A DNA stretch of 63,974 bases, filler included. It is 4 parts of 4 records of this genome, joined end to end, with 100 filler letters (N's around TTAATTAATTAA, not from the genome) between each part and the next. Parts side by side here need not be neighbours in the genome. Positions count along the whole stretch, not along the records: positions 40,185 to 58,927 come from SRR20825010_5175; 3 more parts are not named here. One strand, 5' to 3'. Positions within the stretch are counted from its first letter, which is position 1. Every line of letters starts with the position of its first letter. Of this stretch, positions 43,420 through 52,660 are shown one piece after another. A program made the position numbers and the translations under genes. The notes under the pieces were generated by a model that searched no databases, was not told the DNA's origin, and was given only the letters and a program-made list of their open reading frames with translations.

Positions 43420-46400
43420 ATGGCAACATCTCTCTCCAACGTTCTGCGGTACTGGCGGACATCCTTGGCAGATGGTGCTCTTGGCGAAGGGACATTCCGG
43501 GCAGCTGATCGAAAGCGGTTCATGGCGCTCCCGAATGAAGTGCTCAAAACAGGCAGCGTGCCAAAGCCGTTGGTTCAGGCGTTGTTCCGGGGGAAGGATG
43601 GTGTGGGCTCCGTCTCTGTGCGCTTTTGGCCCTTGGTGACAGCCCGTAAAGCGTCCCATGGCGCGTCGCGGGCGGATGGCATGCCAGAGATCGTTGCTCC
43701 AGTCGTCACCGAAGGGTTCGTGGACCTGTCAGGAAGAATCGTGCCGACGCGCAATGCTATTGCGCGTGACCTTTTGGCACCGTTGCCACGAGGCGCCTTT
43801 GCGCTTGGATCGGTGGAAGATCTCGACGCCTTCCTGACGACAACGCCTCTGCCGGAAATGACCACCGCCGACGCCTGGCAGGACTATCGCACTCATTGCC
43901 GCCAAATGCTGGATGCCCTGTCGCCGGGCTGGCCCTCGGACGAGACGGAGTATCTGCCGACGGGGAGCGGGTTTATCGAGGTGTCGGAAGGTGCCGATGC
44001 AACGGTTCGCGGTATGCTGGACCTGTACGACAGCCTGTTGGCCAATGAGCCAGATACGCCGCTTCTGCGTCAGATTGCCTTGCCGCGGCTGGAGAAGGCG
44101 GCAGATCACAGCATTGAAAAGGAATTTTCCCGCCGCCTTGGGCATTCGAACCCGCACTTTCCGCTGGCCGAACATCAACGGCAGGTCCTCGCATGGCTCG
44201 ACGCCGCGCAACCCGGCGAGGTGATCGCGGTGAACGGTCCGCCCGGGACTGGCAAGACGACCTTGTTGCTTTCGGCCGTGGCTGGGATCTGGGTCAAGGC
44301 GGCGCTCAACGGAGGCGACCCGCCGGTGATCGTTGCGGCTTCGTCAAACAATCAGGCGGTCACCAATATCATCGACGCTTTCGGCAAGGATTTCGCGCAA
44401 GGCGAAGGTGTGTTTGCCGGGCGCTGGTTGCCGGACATCAAGAGCTTCGGGATGTTTCTTCCGTCGCATTCCCGCCGCATGGAGGCTGCGCAGCGCTATC
44501 AGACCGAGGCTTTTCAGGCGGAATGTGAGTCGGTCGCCTATGTCGAACGAGCGCGGATGGCCTGGCTGGACGCCGCAGGAAAGGCGTTCCCAGGTTCCGA
44601 GGGCACGGATGTTGCCGGGTTTGTTGCTAAACTTCGGGATCGGATGACCGAAGAGGCCAATACGCTCCGTAACCTTGATGCGGCGCTGAACCGCCGCAAC
44701 GCGTGTGCTGCCGCCCTCTTGTCGGAACTCGGCGAAGAAGCGGAGGTCGAGCACACACGGCGCGCCGATGCGCTTCGGGTCAGCCAGGACGGGGCAGATC
44801 GACTGGCCGCTGCACGCGCAGCATTGGATCACTATTTGGCCTCAGAGGCTTGGCTCACTGGGGTTTTCGGTTTCCTTCCTTCGGTCAAGCGGCAACGTGC
44901 CCTGAAGGCGCGCTTGGCCATTGGGGATCGGCTGGACGGACTGCGGGATTTCGCCCGCGTCGAAGATATCGAGGCGCGGATTTCGGAAGAGGTCAGACGG
45001 GGGCAGAAAAGCTTGACCGTGGCCAAGGATCTCCTGGCGCGCGCTGAAAACCTCAGCCAGCAGGCCAAAGACAGCGAATTGGCTTGGCATCAAGCGGCTG
45101 AGGCTTTCGGTGGATCGGATAACCTGGCCGACCTTGAGGTGCGAGCGGATCTCGGCACACGGTTCAACCTGTTCCTGCTTGCGATCCACTATTGGGAAGG
45201 ACGATGGTTGAAGGCAATGGAGGCCGACCTCGCCGACATCACCGCCTCGCATGAAAAAACCGGCCGGAAGGCGGTCGAGCCTCGCTGGAAGCGCCGGATG
45301 ATGCTGACGCCTTGCGCCGTTGCCACCTTTGCCAGCCTGCCTGGGAAACTGTCCTGTAGCCGCTATCAGAGCGGAAAATTCGCGAGCGAAAGCCTCTACA
45401 ACTTCATCGACTTGCTCATCGTCGACGAAGCCGGGCAGGTGCTGCCTGAGGTTGCCGGCGCCTCCTTCGCCTTGGCCAAACGCGCGTTGGTGATCGGAGA
45501 CACCCAGCAGATCGAACCGATCTCGTCCCTTCCGCGCCCCGTCGATATCGGCAATCTCAAGGACAGTGGGCTGATCGATGGTGAAGAGGTGCCCGAGCAA
45601 ATCACGGTCAGCGGTATCCAGTCAACGAGCGGCAGCGCTATGCGCCTTGCGCAACAGGCCTGTCAGGTTTCCCCGTGGCCCGAGCTGGACCGCGGGCTGT
45701 ATTTGTTCGAGCATCGCCGCTGCCATGATGAAATCATCGGGTTCAGCAATGCGCTGTGCTACAAGGGCAAGCTGCGTCCGATGCGTGGTCCCGCGCCAGC
45801 GGACGCGCCCATGCCTGCGCTTGGATACCTGCATGTCGAGGGACGGGCATTCACCAGCGGCGGCAGCCGCGCCAACCCTGTCGAGGCCCGTACCGTCGCC
45901 GCATGGTTGGCGGATAACCGCACCCTGCTGGAAGGCCGATATGGTCGTCCGCTGGAGCAGGTCGTCGGTGTCGTTACACCATTTGGCCAGCAAGTGCGCG
46001 CCATCAGGGACGCGTGCGCGGCGCGCGGTATCACAGTGTCGGGGCGTGACGGCATGACCATTGGCACCGTGCATGCGCTGCAGGGCGCCGAACGGCCCAT
46101 TGTGATTTTCTCACCAGTCTATTCCAAGCACGCTGATGGCGGCTTTATCGACGCTTCGCCCAGTATGCTGAACGTGACTGTCTCGCGGGCCAAGGACAGT
46201 TGCCTCGTTTTCGGCGACATGGATGTCCTCGCCACGGCCCGCAGCGGGTCTCCGCGTGCCTTGTTGTCCGAATTCCTGTCGACCAACGGAGCCGCGTTGG
46301 ATTTCGCCATGGAACCGCGTGAGGACTTGACCCGTCGCGATGCCCAGATTGAGCTGCTTCAGCACGCCGCCGAGCATGACGCGTTCCTGATTGAGGCACT

Positions 46401-46812
46401 CAAGGGGGAGGGGCGGAAATACATGATCGTCAGCCCCTGGGTCGTCGCTGGAACGATTAAGCGGACAGGTCTCTTTGATGCCATGGCGACCGCTCGCCAA
46501 CGAGGGGCAGAGATCGACGTCTTTGCCGATCCGTTGCTGAACACCGGCCAGGCCGCGGGGGGCCTGAGCCAGATGGAAGCCGTTGAGCGCAGGTTCTCGG
46601 AGATCGGCGTCGCGGTACATCGGGTCCCGAAGCTTCACAGTAAGATTGTGACTGTCGACAAAGACCTTCTTTGCGCTGGCTCTTTCAATTGGCTTAGCGC
46701 AGATCGAAAGGGCCAATACGCTAGGCACGAAACATCTTTTGTCTATCGTGGTGGGCACCTCGAGGACGAAATCAAAATCATCCGCGATGGCCTCGCGAAA
46801 CGCGCAAAGTAG
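43420..46812 (+). CDS. Superfamily 1 (Upf1/DNA2-like) helicase fused to C-terminal PLD nuclease; Mokosh type II-like architecture
   Basis: NGPPGTGKT, SSNNQAV, VDEAGQ, IGDTQQIEP, EHRRC, VVTPF..Q, GTVHALQGAE, NVTVSRAK; HSKIVTVD....GSFNW. Confidence 0.88.
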   Translation: MATSLSNVLRYWRTSLADGALGEGTFRAADRKRFMALPNEVLKTGSVPKPLVQALFRGKDGVGSVSVRFWPLVTARKASHGASRADGMPEIVAPVVTEGFVDLSGRIVPTRNAIARDLLAPLPRGAFALGSVEDLDAFLTTTPLPEMTTADAWQDYRTHCRQMLDALSPGWPSDETEYLPTGSGFIEVSEGADATVRGMLDLYDSLLANEPDTPLLRQIALPRLEKAADHSIEKEFSRRLGHSNPHFPLAEHQRQVLAWLDAAQPGEVIAVNGPPGTGKTTLLLSAVAGIWVKAALNGGDPPVIVAASSNNQAVTNIIDAFGKDFAQGEGVFAGRWLPDIKSFGMFLPSHSRRMEAAQRYQTEAFQAECESVAYVERARMAWLDAAGKAFPGSEGTDVAGFVAKLRDRMTEEANTLRNLDAALNRRNACAAALLSELGEEAEVEHTRRADALRVSQDGADRLAAARAALDHYLASEAWLTGVFGFLPSVKRQRALKARLAIGDRLDGLRDFARVEDIEARISEEVRRGQKSLTVAKDLLARAENLSQQAKDSELAWHQAAEAFGGSDNLADLEVRADLGTRFNLFLLAIHYWEGRWLKAMEADLADITASHEKTGRKAVEPRWKRRMMLTPCAVATFASLPGKLSCSRYQSGKFASESLYNFIDLLIVDEAGQVLPEVAGASFALAKRALVIGDTQQIEPISSLPRPVDIGNLKDSGLIDGEEVPEQITVSGIQSTSGSAMRLAQQACQVSPWPELDRGLYLFEHRRCHDEIIGFSNALCYKGKLRPMRGPAPADAPMPALGYLHVEGRAFTSGGSRANPVEARTVAAWLADNRTLLEGRYGRPLEQVVGVVTPFGQQVRAIRDACAARGITVSGRDGMTIGTVHALQGAERPIVIFSPVYSKHADGGFIDASPSMLNVTVSRAKDSCLVFGDMDVLATARSGSPRALLSEFLSTNGAALDFAMEPREDLTRRDAQIELLQHAAEHDAFLIEALKGEGRKYMIVSPWVVAGTIKRTGLFDAMATARQRGAEIDVFADPLLNTGQAAGGLSQMEAVERRFSEIGVAVHRVPKLHSKIVTVDKDLLCAGSFNWLSADRKGQYARHETSFVYRGGHLEDEIKIIRDGLAKRAK

Positions 46813-46815
46813 TTC

Positions 46816-46897
46816 CGGCCCTTTCCTGCCGTTGGCCATGTTGCCTGCCGCTGCAGCGCAGCTTTCGCATTGCTGCCATTCGTCCATGACGCAGCAT
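46816..46897 (+). repeat. Cassette-boundary repeat, copy D (related motifs extend to ~46970)
   Basis: Begins 3 nt after helicase stop; 74% identical to copy A. Confidence 0.8.
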
Positions 46898-47106
46898 TCT
46901 TCATCGTTGGATGACTGCAAAGCCGGACCTTTCCGACCTTCGCCATCTCCGAACCAACGGTCGGATTCGGCGCGTCGCATTGGTAGCGGATCGTAAATAG
47001 TTAGTGCAGAAGATGCCGAAAATGCATTGATCTAACGCAAGAAACGCTCACGCAGAGAATAGTAAAGTAGACGAATTCCGATTCGTTCAAACCCGGGGCG
47101 ATTCCA

Positions 47107-47940
47107 ATGCCGATCTCTATCAAAATTCCTACTCAAAAACTGCCGTTCACTGCGCTCTTTTTCTTCTTAGGGACCACCTTTTTGATCACTTGGGGCGTCA
47201 TCGGCGGCTACATCTTCTCGCCCGACGCTATGATCAAGGCTTTCGGCGCAATCAGCGGATCGCATCCGCTTTTCTTCCTCGCGACGTGGGCCCCTGCCAT
47301 CGCGGCATTCACCGTGGTAATGTTGTATGGTGGCTCGGCCGGGCTAAAAGGATTCCTGTCGCGGCTCTTCCTTTGGCGCTGCCCCGCTTCGTGGTGGCTA
47401 TTCATCCTGATCTTGATACCCTTGGTTTTTATGGCAGGCTCGCTCATCAAAGGTGGGCAGCTCCTCGCACCGCTTCCACCTGAAGGCATGGTCCCAGTCT
47501 TCGGCCTGATGTTCAGGATGCTATTGCTGGGGCCTATTGAAGAATTCGGCTGGCGTGGCCTCGCACAGCCACTTCTCCAGCGGTACATGGCACCGATCTG
47601 GGCCGGTGCCTTGATTGGCACGGTCTGGGGCATCTGGCACCTGCCCGCTTTCTTTCTTTCCGGCGTTGTCTTCGCAGAATGGAGCTTCCTGCCCTTCTTC
47701 ATCGGGAATATCACTCTAGCGATCCTTGTGACCCCAATCTTCAACGCATCGCACGGCAGCCTAGCACTACCTGTGCTGTTCCACTGGCAACTGATCAACC
47801 CTTTCTGGCCCGATGCACAGCCCTGGGATACCTGGCTTCTTGTTTTCGTCGCCGCAGTCGTTGTCTGGTGGAAGCGCTACACAATGTTCTCGCGCGAGGG
47901 TGCGGTTACAGAAGTGATCCCCCAAGAGGCCCAGCTATGA
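47107..47940 (+). CDS. CPBP (CAAX protease/Abi) intramembrane glutamic endopeptidase
   Basis: EEFGWRG, WGIWHLP, LFH motifs; multiple TM segments. Confidence 0.92.
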   Translation: MPISIKIPTQKLPFTALFFFLGTTFLITWGVIGGYIFSPDAMIKAFGAISGSHPLFFLATWAPAIAAFTVVMLYGGSAGLKGFLSRLFLWRCPASWWLFILILIPLVFMAGSLIKGGQLLAPLPPEGMVPVFGLMFRMLLLGPIEEFGWRGLAQPLLQRYMAPIWAGALIGTVWGIWHLPAFFLSGVVFAEWSFLPFFIGNITLAILVTPIFNASHGSLALPVLFHWQLINPFWPDAQPWDTWLLVFVAAVVVWWKRYTMFSREGAVTEVIPQEAQL

Positions 47941-48122
47941 AACAGTATCTGGTCGGCGCTGTGCTTACAGCATTTACGACATTCACGGGTCCGGCACGAG
48001 CCGAGACGATGGAGCGTCAGATGTAGGCTCTGTTGGATGGTTTTCACACGGACTACAACTTTCCAGATGCGACGGCGTTGGAAGTAACTCTTGCAGGTTT
48101 GGCGATAGGCGCAGTGCAATGA
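47937..48122 (+). pseudogene. N-terminal remnant of a secreted protein, possibly serine hydrolase/beta-lactamase family
   Basis: ATGA overlap, signal peptide MKQYLVGAVL...ARA, premature TAG at 48024, then ALLDGFHTDYNFPDATA. Confidence 0.45.
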
Positions 48123-48159
48123 CACCCGCCCACGAAGGGTAATCGCACGACTTTGGGGT

Positions 48160-48996
48160 TCAATGCGGAAAGTTGATGTCGGAAACATCGACAACGAAAA
48201 ATGGGAAATACTCATCGGTGTCAAAGAAGTTTCCGGCCTCAATATGTGTTGGAAGCATGAAACCTTCGAACTCCCGAAACTCAGAGAGAAAGCCGCCAAA
48301 GGGCTGCAACTGATGGGTCTTTTGGGGGTTGGCGTCGCTCCAACGCATGAACATCACATGGAGCGGCTGGCCGTCCTCGCCCACAGTGATATCAACCGCC
48401 TGTTCAAGATCGCCGTGGCGCATCGTCATACGCGCAACGTTTTCAGAAACAGGCTCCCAAGTGACGTTGGGGCTTGGCAGAACGGCTGCAGGCGTCCAGA
48501 AAACAGCTTCGGCCACATATCGCCCGAAAGCAGAGCGGGTGTGGTCCGGGGTGCCACCGAACCGCGCCACTGGGGCAAGACCGGCAAGCCAGAACCGGGT
48601 CCACGATCTGCTATCGGAGCCTGCCATGCGCATCGCGCCCTCGCCGCCAGACATCGCCCAAACGAACCCATGAGGAGCAGCGAGCAGTTGCGTCGCGCGC
48701 ATGGGCATGTAACTCGGCTTTGTCTTGTCACCCATGCTAAACTGCCCCTCCATCTCCAACCGGGCCACTGTATAAAGCGGTGTGTCCTCAGCGATGGCGA
48801 ATGCGAAAAAGCGACGTGCAGGGGCGGGCAGATCTGCGACCATCTTTGGCGCGAACCTACCCGGATTGGTAGGCTGGAATCCGATCAGGCGATCCATTTC
48901 CGCGCGGTCGGCACGATGATCCAACTGCCGCCACGCCAAAAGACCGGTCAAACCGAATCCGACGACCACCAGTATCGCGATAACGATCATACGCAT
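48160..48996 (-). CDS. DUF6544/DUF6920-like membrane-anchored protein
   Basis: N-terminal TM; LPAPARRFF.FAI, GFVW, RY.AE..W.PAA.LP, V.WE, G..LPT..E. Confidence 0.72.
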   Translation of the reverse strand: MRMIVIAILVVVGFGLTGLLAWRQLDHRADRAEMDRLIGFQPTNPGRFAPKMVADLPAPARRFFAFAIAEDTPLYTVARLEMEGQFSMGDKTKPSYMPMRATQLLAAPHGFVWAMSGGEGAMRMAGSDSRSWTRFWLAGLAPVARFGGTPDHTRSAFGRYVAEAVFWTPAAVLPSPNVTWEPVSENVARMTMRHGDLEQAVDITVGEDGQPLHVMFMRWSDANPQKTHQLQPFGGFLSEFREFEGFMLPTHIEAGNFFDTDEYFPFFVVDVSDINFPH

Positions 48997-49137
48997 TTTC
49001 CGTCCAATCTCAGCTTCACTCCTCAGGCACGTCACCCCTTATCGGTTTGGTGCCGTCTCAAGCCGATCAAGAGGTGCAAGCTGCATAGCAATCGACCGAA
49101 TCCGATGTTAGAATATATGATTTGGCAGGCGTTTTTG

Positions 49138-49151
49138 TTGACCCAAATCAA
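49138..49151. promoter_or_regulatory. FNR-type box in divergent intergenic region
   Basis: TTGAC-CCAA-ATCAA, one mismatch to consensus. Confidence 0.65.
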
Positions 49152-49186
49152 ATCCGTATTGATATCCACTATGAGATGATTTGCGA

Positions 49187-49978
49187 ATGGATATCTTCGA
49201 TCGGCAAAATCAGGTCGGGCGCTTTCTTGCTCTGGCCTTCGGGATTTCGTGGACATCTTGGCTATTGGCAGCGATCATGCCAAGCCTTGAGGCTCCTCTA
49301 AAGATTGCAGGCACTTTCGGGCCAAGCTCGGCTGCCCTAATTCTAGTATGGCCACATCTGCAAGAACGTCGCGAGTTGCTAAGCCGCCTCGTTCGTTGGC
49401 GCATACCGATCAACGTCTTGTTATACGCCAGCGCACTGCCCGTAGCGGGCATCCTCCTCGCGCTTCTAACGGTGCGTGCGATAACGGGAAATGGGGCGGT
49501 ATGGCCTGAACCGATGCTGATCTGGCTCCCGGTGGTCGTCTTCGCCTACATTATGGTGTTTAGCGTCGTGGGCGAGGAACTAGGGTGGCGTGGCCTAGCG
49601 CTTCCGCCGCTCATTGCTCGGCATGGTCCCATTAAGGCTAGCCTCGGCCTTGGGCTGGTATGGGCGATATGGCATGCACCGCTCTTTCTGCTGCCTGGAG
49701 ATTTTCATAATGCCATCCCGCCATTTCTGTTTGCCATACAAATCGTCGCGTCCAGTGTCATCTATACGCACCTGCATCTCGCCAGCGGCGGATCGCTCGT
49801 CCCGGCACATCTGTTTCATGCCTCGTTCAATGCCTCTGCCGGGCTGTTTCCAGTATTGCCGCAGACCCGTAGCGGCGATCTTACCGCGCTTTGGTTCGCC
49901 GTGGGCACACTCTGCGTAATTGCGGTGGCGACGGTTTTCGTCATTCGAAGGCGCGTGCGATTAAGCGCCAGTCAGTAA
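49187..49978 (+). CDS. CPBP (CAAX protease/Abi) intramembrane glutamic endopeptidase
   Basis: GEELGWRG.ALP, WAIWHAPLF, FHASFN. Confidence 0.92.
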   Translation: MDIFDRQNQVGRFLALAFGISWTSWLLAAIMPSLEAPLKIAGTFGPSSAALILVWPHLQERRELLSRLVRWRIPINVLLYASALPVAGILLALLTVRAITGNGAVWPEPMLIWLPVVVFAYIMVFSVVGEELGWRGLALPPLIARHGPIKASLGLGLVWAIWHAPLFLLPGDFHNAIPPFLFAIQIVASSVIYTHLHLASGGSLVPAHLFHASFNASAGLFPVLPQTRSGDLTALWFAVGTLCVIAVATVFVIRRRVRLSASQ

Positions 49979-50122
49979 TCGTGAAGGCGCATTTTTGCGA
50001 ATACACTCCGCACCACTTACTTTTGACACGGCAACTCAGAGGGCTAACGTCGAGGCGAGTTATCGCAGGAAGATAACTGTAAGACCCTTCTAGCGGCTGC
50101 ATTTAATGAAACTCTGAGACCG

Positions 50123-50180
50123 TAGCAGACGTTGGTGCAATCCGCAGCATCGGTAAAATGGGCTCTCACCCGACCTTCTC
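50123..50180 (+). repeat. Partial cassette-boundary repeat (copy F) upstream of the recombinase
   Basis: TAGCAGACGTTGG-N7-CGCAGCAT...CCGACCTTC matches the second half of copy D. Confidence 0.55.
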
Positions 50181-50264
50181 CGGAAGCGCACATTTCCATG
50201 CTAAGCTGAGTTGCCAACGTCTGGTTGGCGCTGTGGTGGATCGTGGCGGATGGGAGGAACCATC

Positions 50265-50715
50265 ATGACCATAGCAAACTTACCAGCCATTCGCGCTTGT
50301 CGCCCTGCCTGGAACAAGGGGCGAGTCATAGGGCAGAAGCGCCCTTTGATGCCAAAACACGTGTGGGCTATCCGTGTGCGTCTCGAAATAGCTGAGAACC
50401 ATCGTGATCTGGCGCTATTCAACCTCGCAATCGACAGCAAGCTTCGCGGTTGCGACTTGGTGAAGTTGAAGGTCGCGGACATCTACGCCTCAGGTCAGGT
50501 AAAGGAACGGGCCTCAATCATCCAAAGTAAAACCAAGCGACCGGTGAGGTTCGAAATCACCGAGGGCACACGCAAATCAATCTTGAGATGGATGGAGGAG
50601 CCTTTGATGGTCGGTTCCGAACACCTATGGCCGGGGCGTTTTCATGAACGTCTGCACATTTCGACCCGTCAATACGCTCGCTTGGTTCGCGAATGGGTCA
50701 AATCCATCGGATTTT
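50265..50715 (+). pseudogene. Tyrosine recombinase/integrase, C-terminally truncated
   Basis: GGAGG RBS; WNKG..IGQKRPL, RDLALFNLAIDSKLRGCDLV, QSKT.RPV.FEI, STRQYAR.V..W; lacks the HxxR...Y catalytic C-terminus. Confidence 0.88.
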
Positions 50716-50763
50716 GCTGCGGCGCAGCTTCAGCGAAACGGCCATTCATACGATGCGCGGCAT
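50716..50763 (+). repeat. Cassette-boundary repeat, copy E (5'-truncated)
   Basis: 35/48 identical, ungapped, to the second half of copy A. Confidence 0.75.
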
Positions 50764-50840
50764 TTTGGAGCGGCCAATTGCTGCGGTTTGGACCTTTTCG
50801 GGATTGGCAATGGTTGTTCAGTCGCCGCCGCGGCAGTGAA

Positions 50841-52180
50841 GAGAGGTGGTCCTGCTTTTTTGGCCAGTTTGCAGCCCTGCTAAGATGGATCAGGGTTTCA
50901 CATCAGGCTGCCATTCTCATTGGTTCGGTTTTGCTGGCATGGACCTCGTCAGGGGTCAAGATGCCGTGGGTCGAGTGCGGCCGCTCAGCGCTGTAGTACG
51001 CCAGCCATTTTCGGATACCGGCCTTCGCCTCTGTGCCCGTTTCAAAGGCGTGCAGATAAACGCATTCGTACTTCAGAGTCCGCAACAGGCGCTCGATCAT
51101 CCTGTTGTCGATCCAGTGTCCTTTGCCGTCCATGCTGATCTTGATCTTTGCGTCGCTCAGGACCTTGATCCAGTCTGCGCTGGTGAACTGGCTGCCCTGG
51201 TCGGTATAGAAGATTTCCGGCTTGAGGTGTTTGGCTAACGCTTCCTTAAAGGCATCCACAAAAGGTCCGCCTCCAGCGTGTTTGACAGCGACCACGCCAA
51301 CACCTTGCGGCTGTACCCGTCCATGATCGCCACCAAATACAGGAAGCCTCGGCGCATCGGAATGTAGGCAATGTCGGCACACCAGACTTGGTTTGGCCGG
51401 TCGATCACCATTCCCCTCAGCAGATACGGCCAGATCTTGTCCTGAGGGTGTTTCTTACTGGTGTTGGGTTCGTGGTAGATCGGCACCAGCCGCATGAGGC
51501 GCATCAACCGCCGCACCCGATGCCGCCCGTACTTGTGACCTTGGCACTGCATATACCGGGCCATTCACTGACCGACAGGGTATTTCCGCAGCAAATGTCC
51601 CGAAAGGTTTCCGGGATCCGTACCACGGCGTTTCCAGGAACTGTCGATCAAAAATTGCCATGAACTGCAAGTTCTCGGTGCTCTCGCCCTTCGGCTGATA
51701 ATACAGGTTAGACCGCGTCAACGTCAGCAACGCACACAGATGTCGAACGCTCAGATTGTGATCCGTGCTCACCATTTTTTGCCTCGCGTCCCGAGCAGTT
51801 GAACCGAGGCATCCATTGCCCGGCAATGCATGCTAGCATGCATGAGAGGGGGCCAAAAATTCCGCTCGACAACAAGCTGCCCGATCTTAGAGTGCACTTT
51901 CTCGATTTCGACCGTATTGGCAGGAGCCGGATCGGCCCCTCGCCGTTTAAACGCAGACACCATGTTTTGAATCGCCGCTCGTTTTCACGTGCTGATCTGG
52001 GTCGCGTGTACGCCGTATTTCTTCGAGAGCTCCGCCAGCATCATCTCGTCGTGGATCGCCTCAAGCGCAACCTTGGCCTCGAACTCGGGCGAATAGTTCT
52101 TTCTCTTCGTCATCTTGGATCGTGTCTCTCGTCAGGCGATCCATCTTAACAACTGGTCCGAAATCCTGCGACCACCTCTA
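50841..52180 (-). mobile_element. Degenerate IS3-family insertion sequence
   Basis: Terminal inverted repeats AGAGGTGGTC...CCAGTT; orfA from 52113 with in-frame TGA; orfB (W.ADI.YI, TDQGSQFTS, DN..IER..RTLKYE) split over three frames. Confidence 0.92.
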
Positions 52181-52660
52181 AGGGCTCGGCGGGACGGCGG
52201 TGACTTGCCGTTCGCTTTGGACAGCGGAAAAACCGAAAAATGAACATTTCTGGATCGGACGACTTGAGGTGGAAATCTGCATAATCTCCTGACGAATAGC
52301 GCATTCGACAATAGGAATGATCGCGTCGTCTGGCTCTTCGCTGCGGGGTGCAAATGCGTCTATTACATACGCCTGCGCTCTGACCTGAAACACCACCGCA
52401 TCGCGGGATGCCCAAGTGTCGTTCAACACACTAGCGACTTCCAAACGGACAAGATGGCCGTCACGCTTACGCAAATGGTCTGCGGCCATCACCCCGCCCA
52501 TGTATCACTCGTTCATCGTCGTCGCCACGAGGCACATGGGCTTGTTGCCCGGGCTCAAATAAATTGGGTGCACGTCGGTAGGCACAATTTCTGCTTGATT
52601 GCCCACCGTCAGCTTCCTTGTAGGGGCCATCAGATCGTTGGCGCACACGTCTTCGCAAGG

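Noticed and set aside
40188-50763. Repeats as a CRISPR array or classical attC sites
   Set aside because: Degenerate, separated by whole genes, no cas genes, and no GTTRRRY/RYYYAAC ends.
50211-50996. 261-aa ORF as an intact integrase
   Set aside because: Sequence after about 50715 is read-through into a repeat and the IS3 end; catalytic C-terminus absent.
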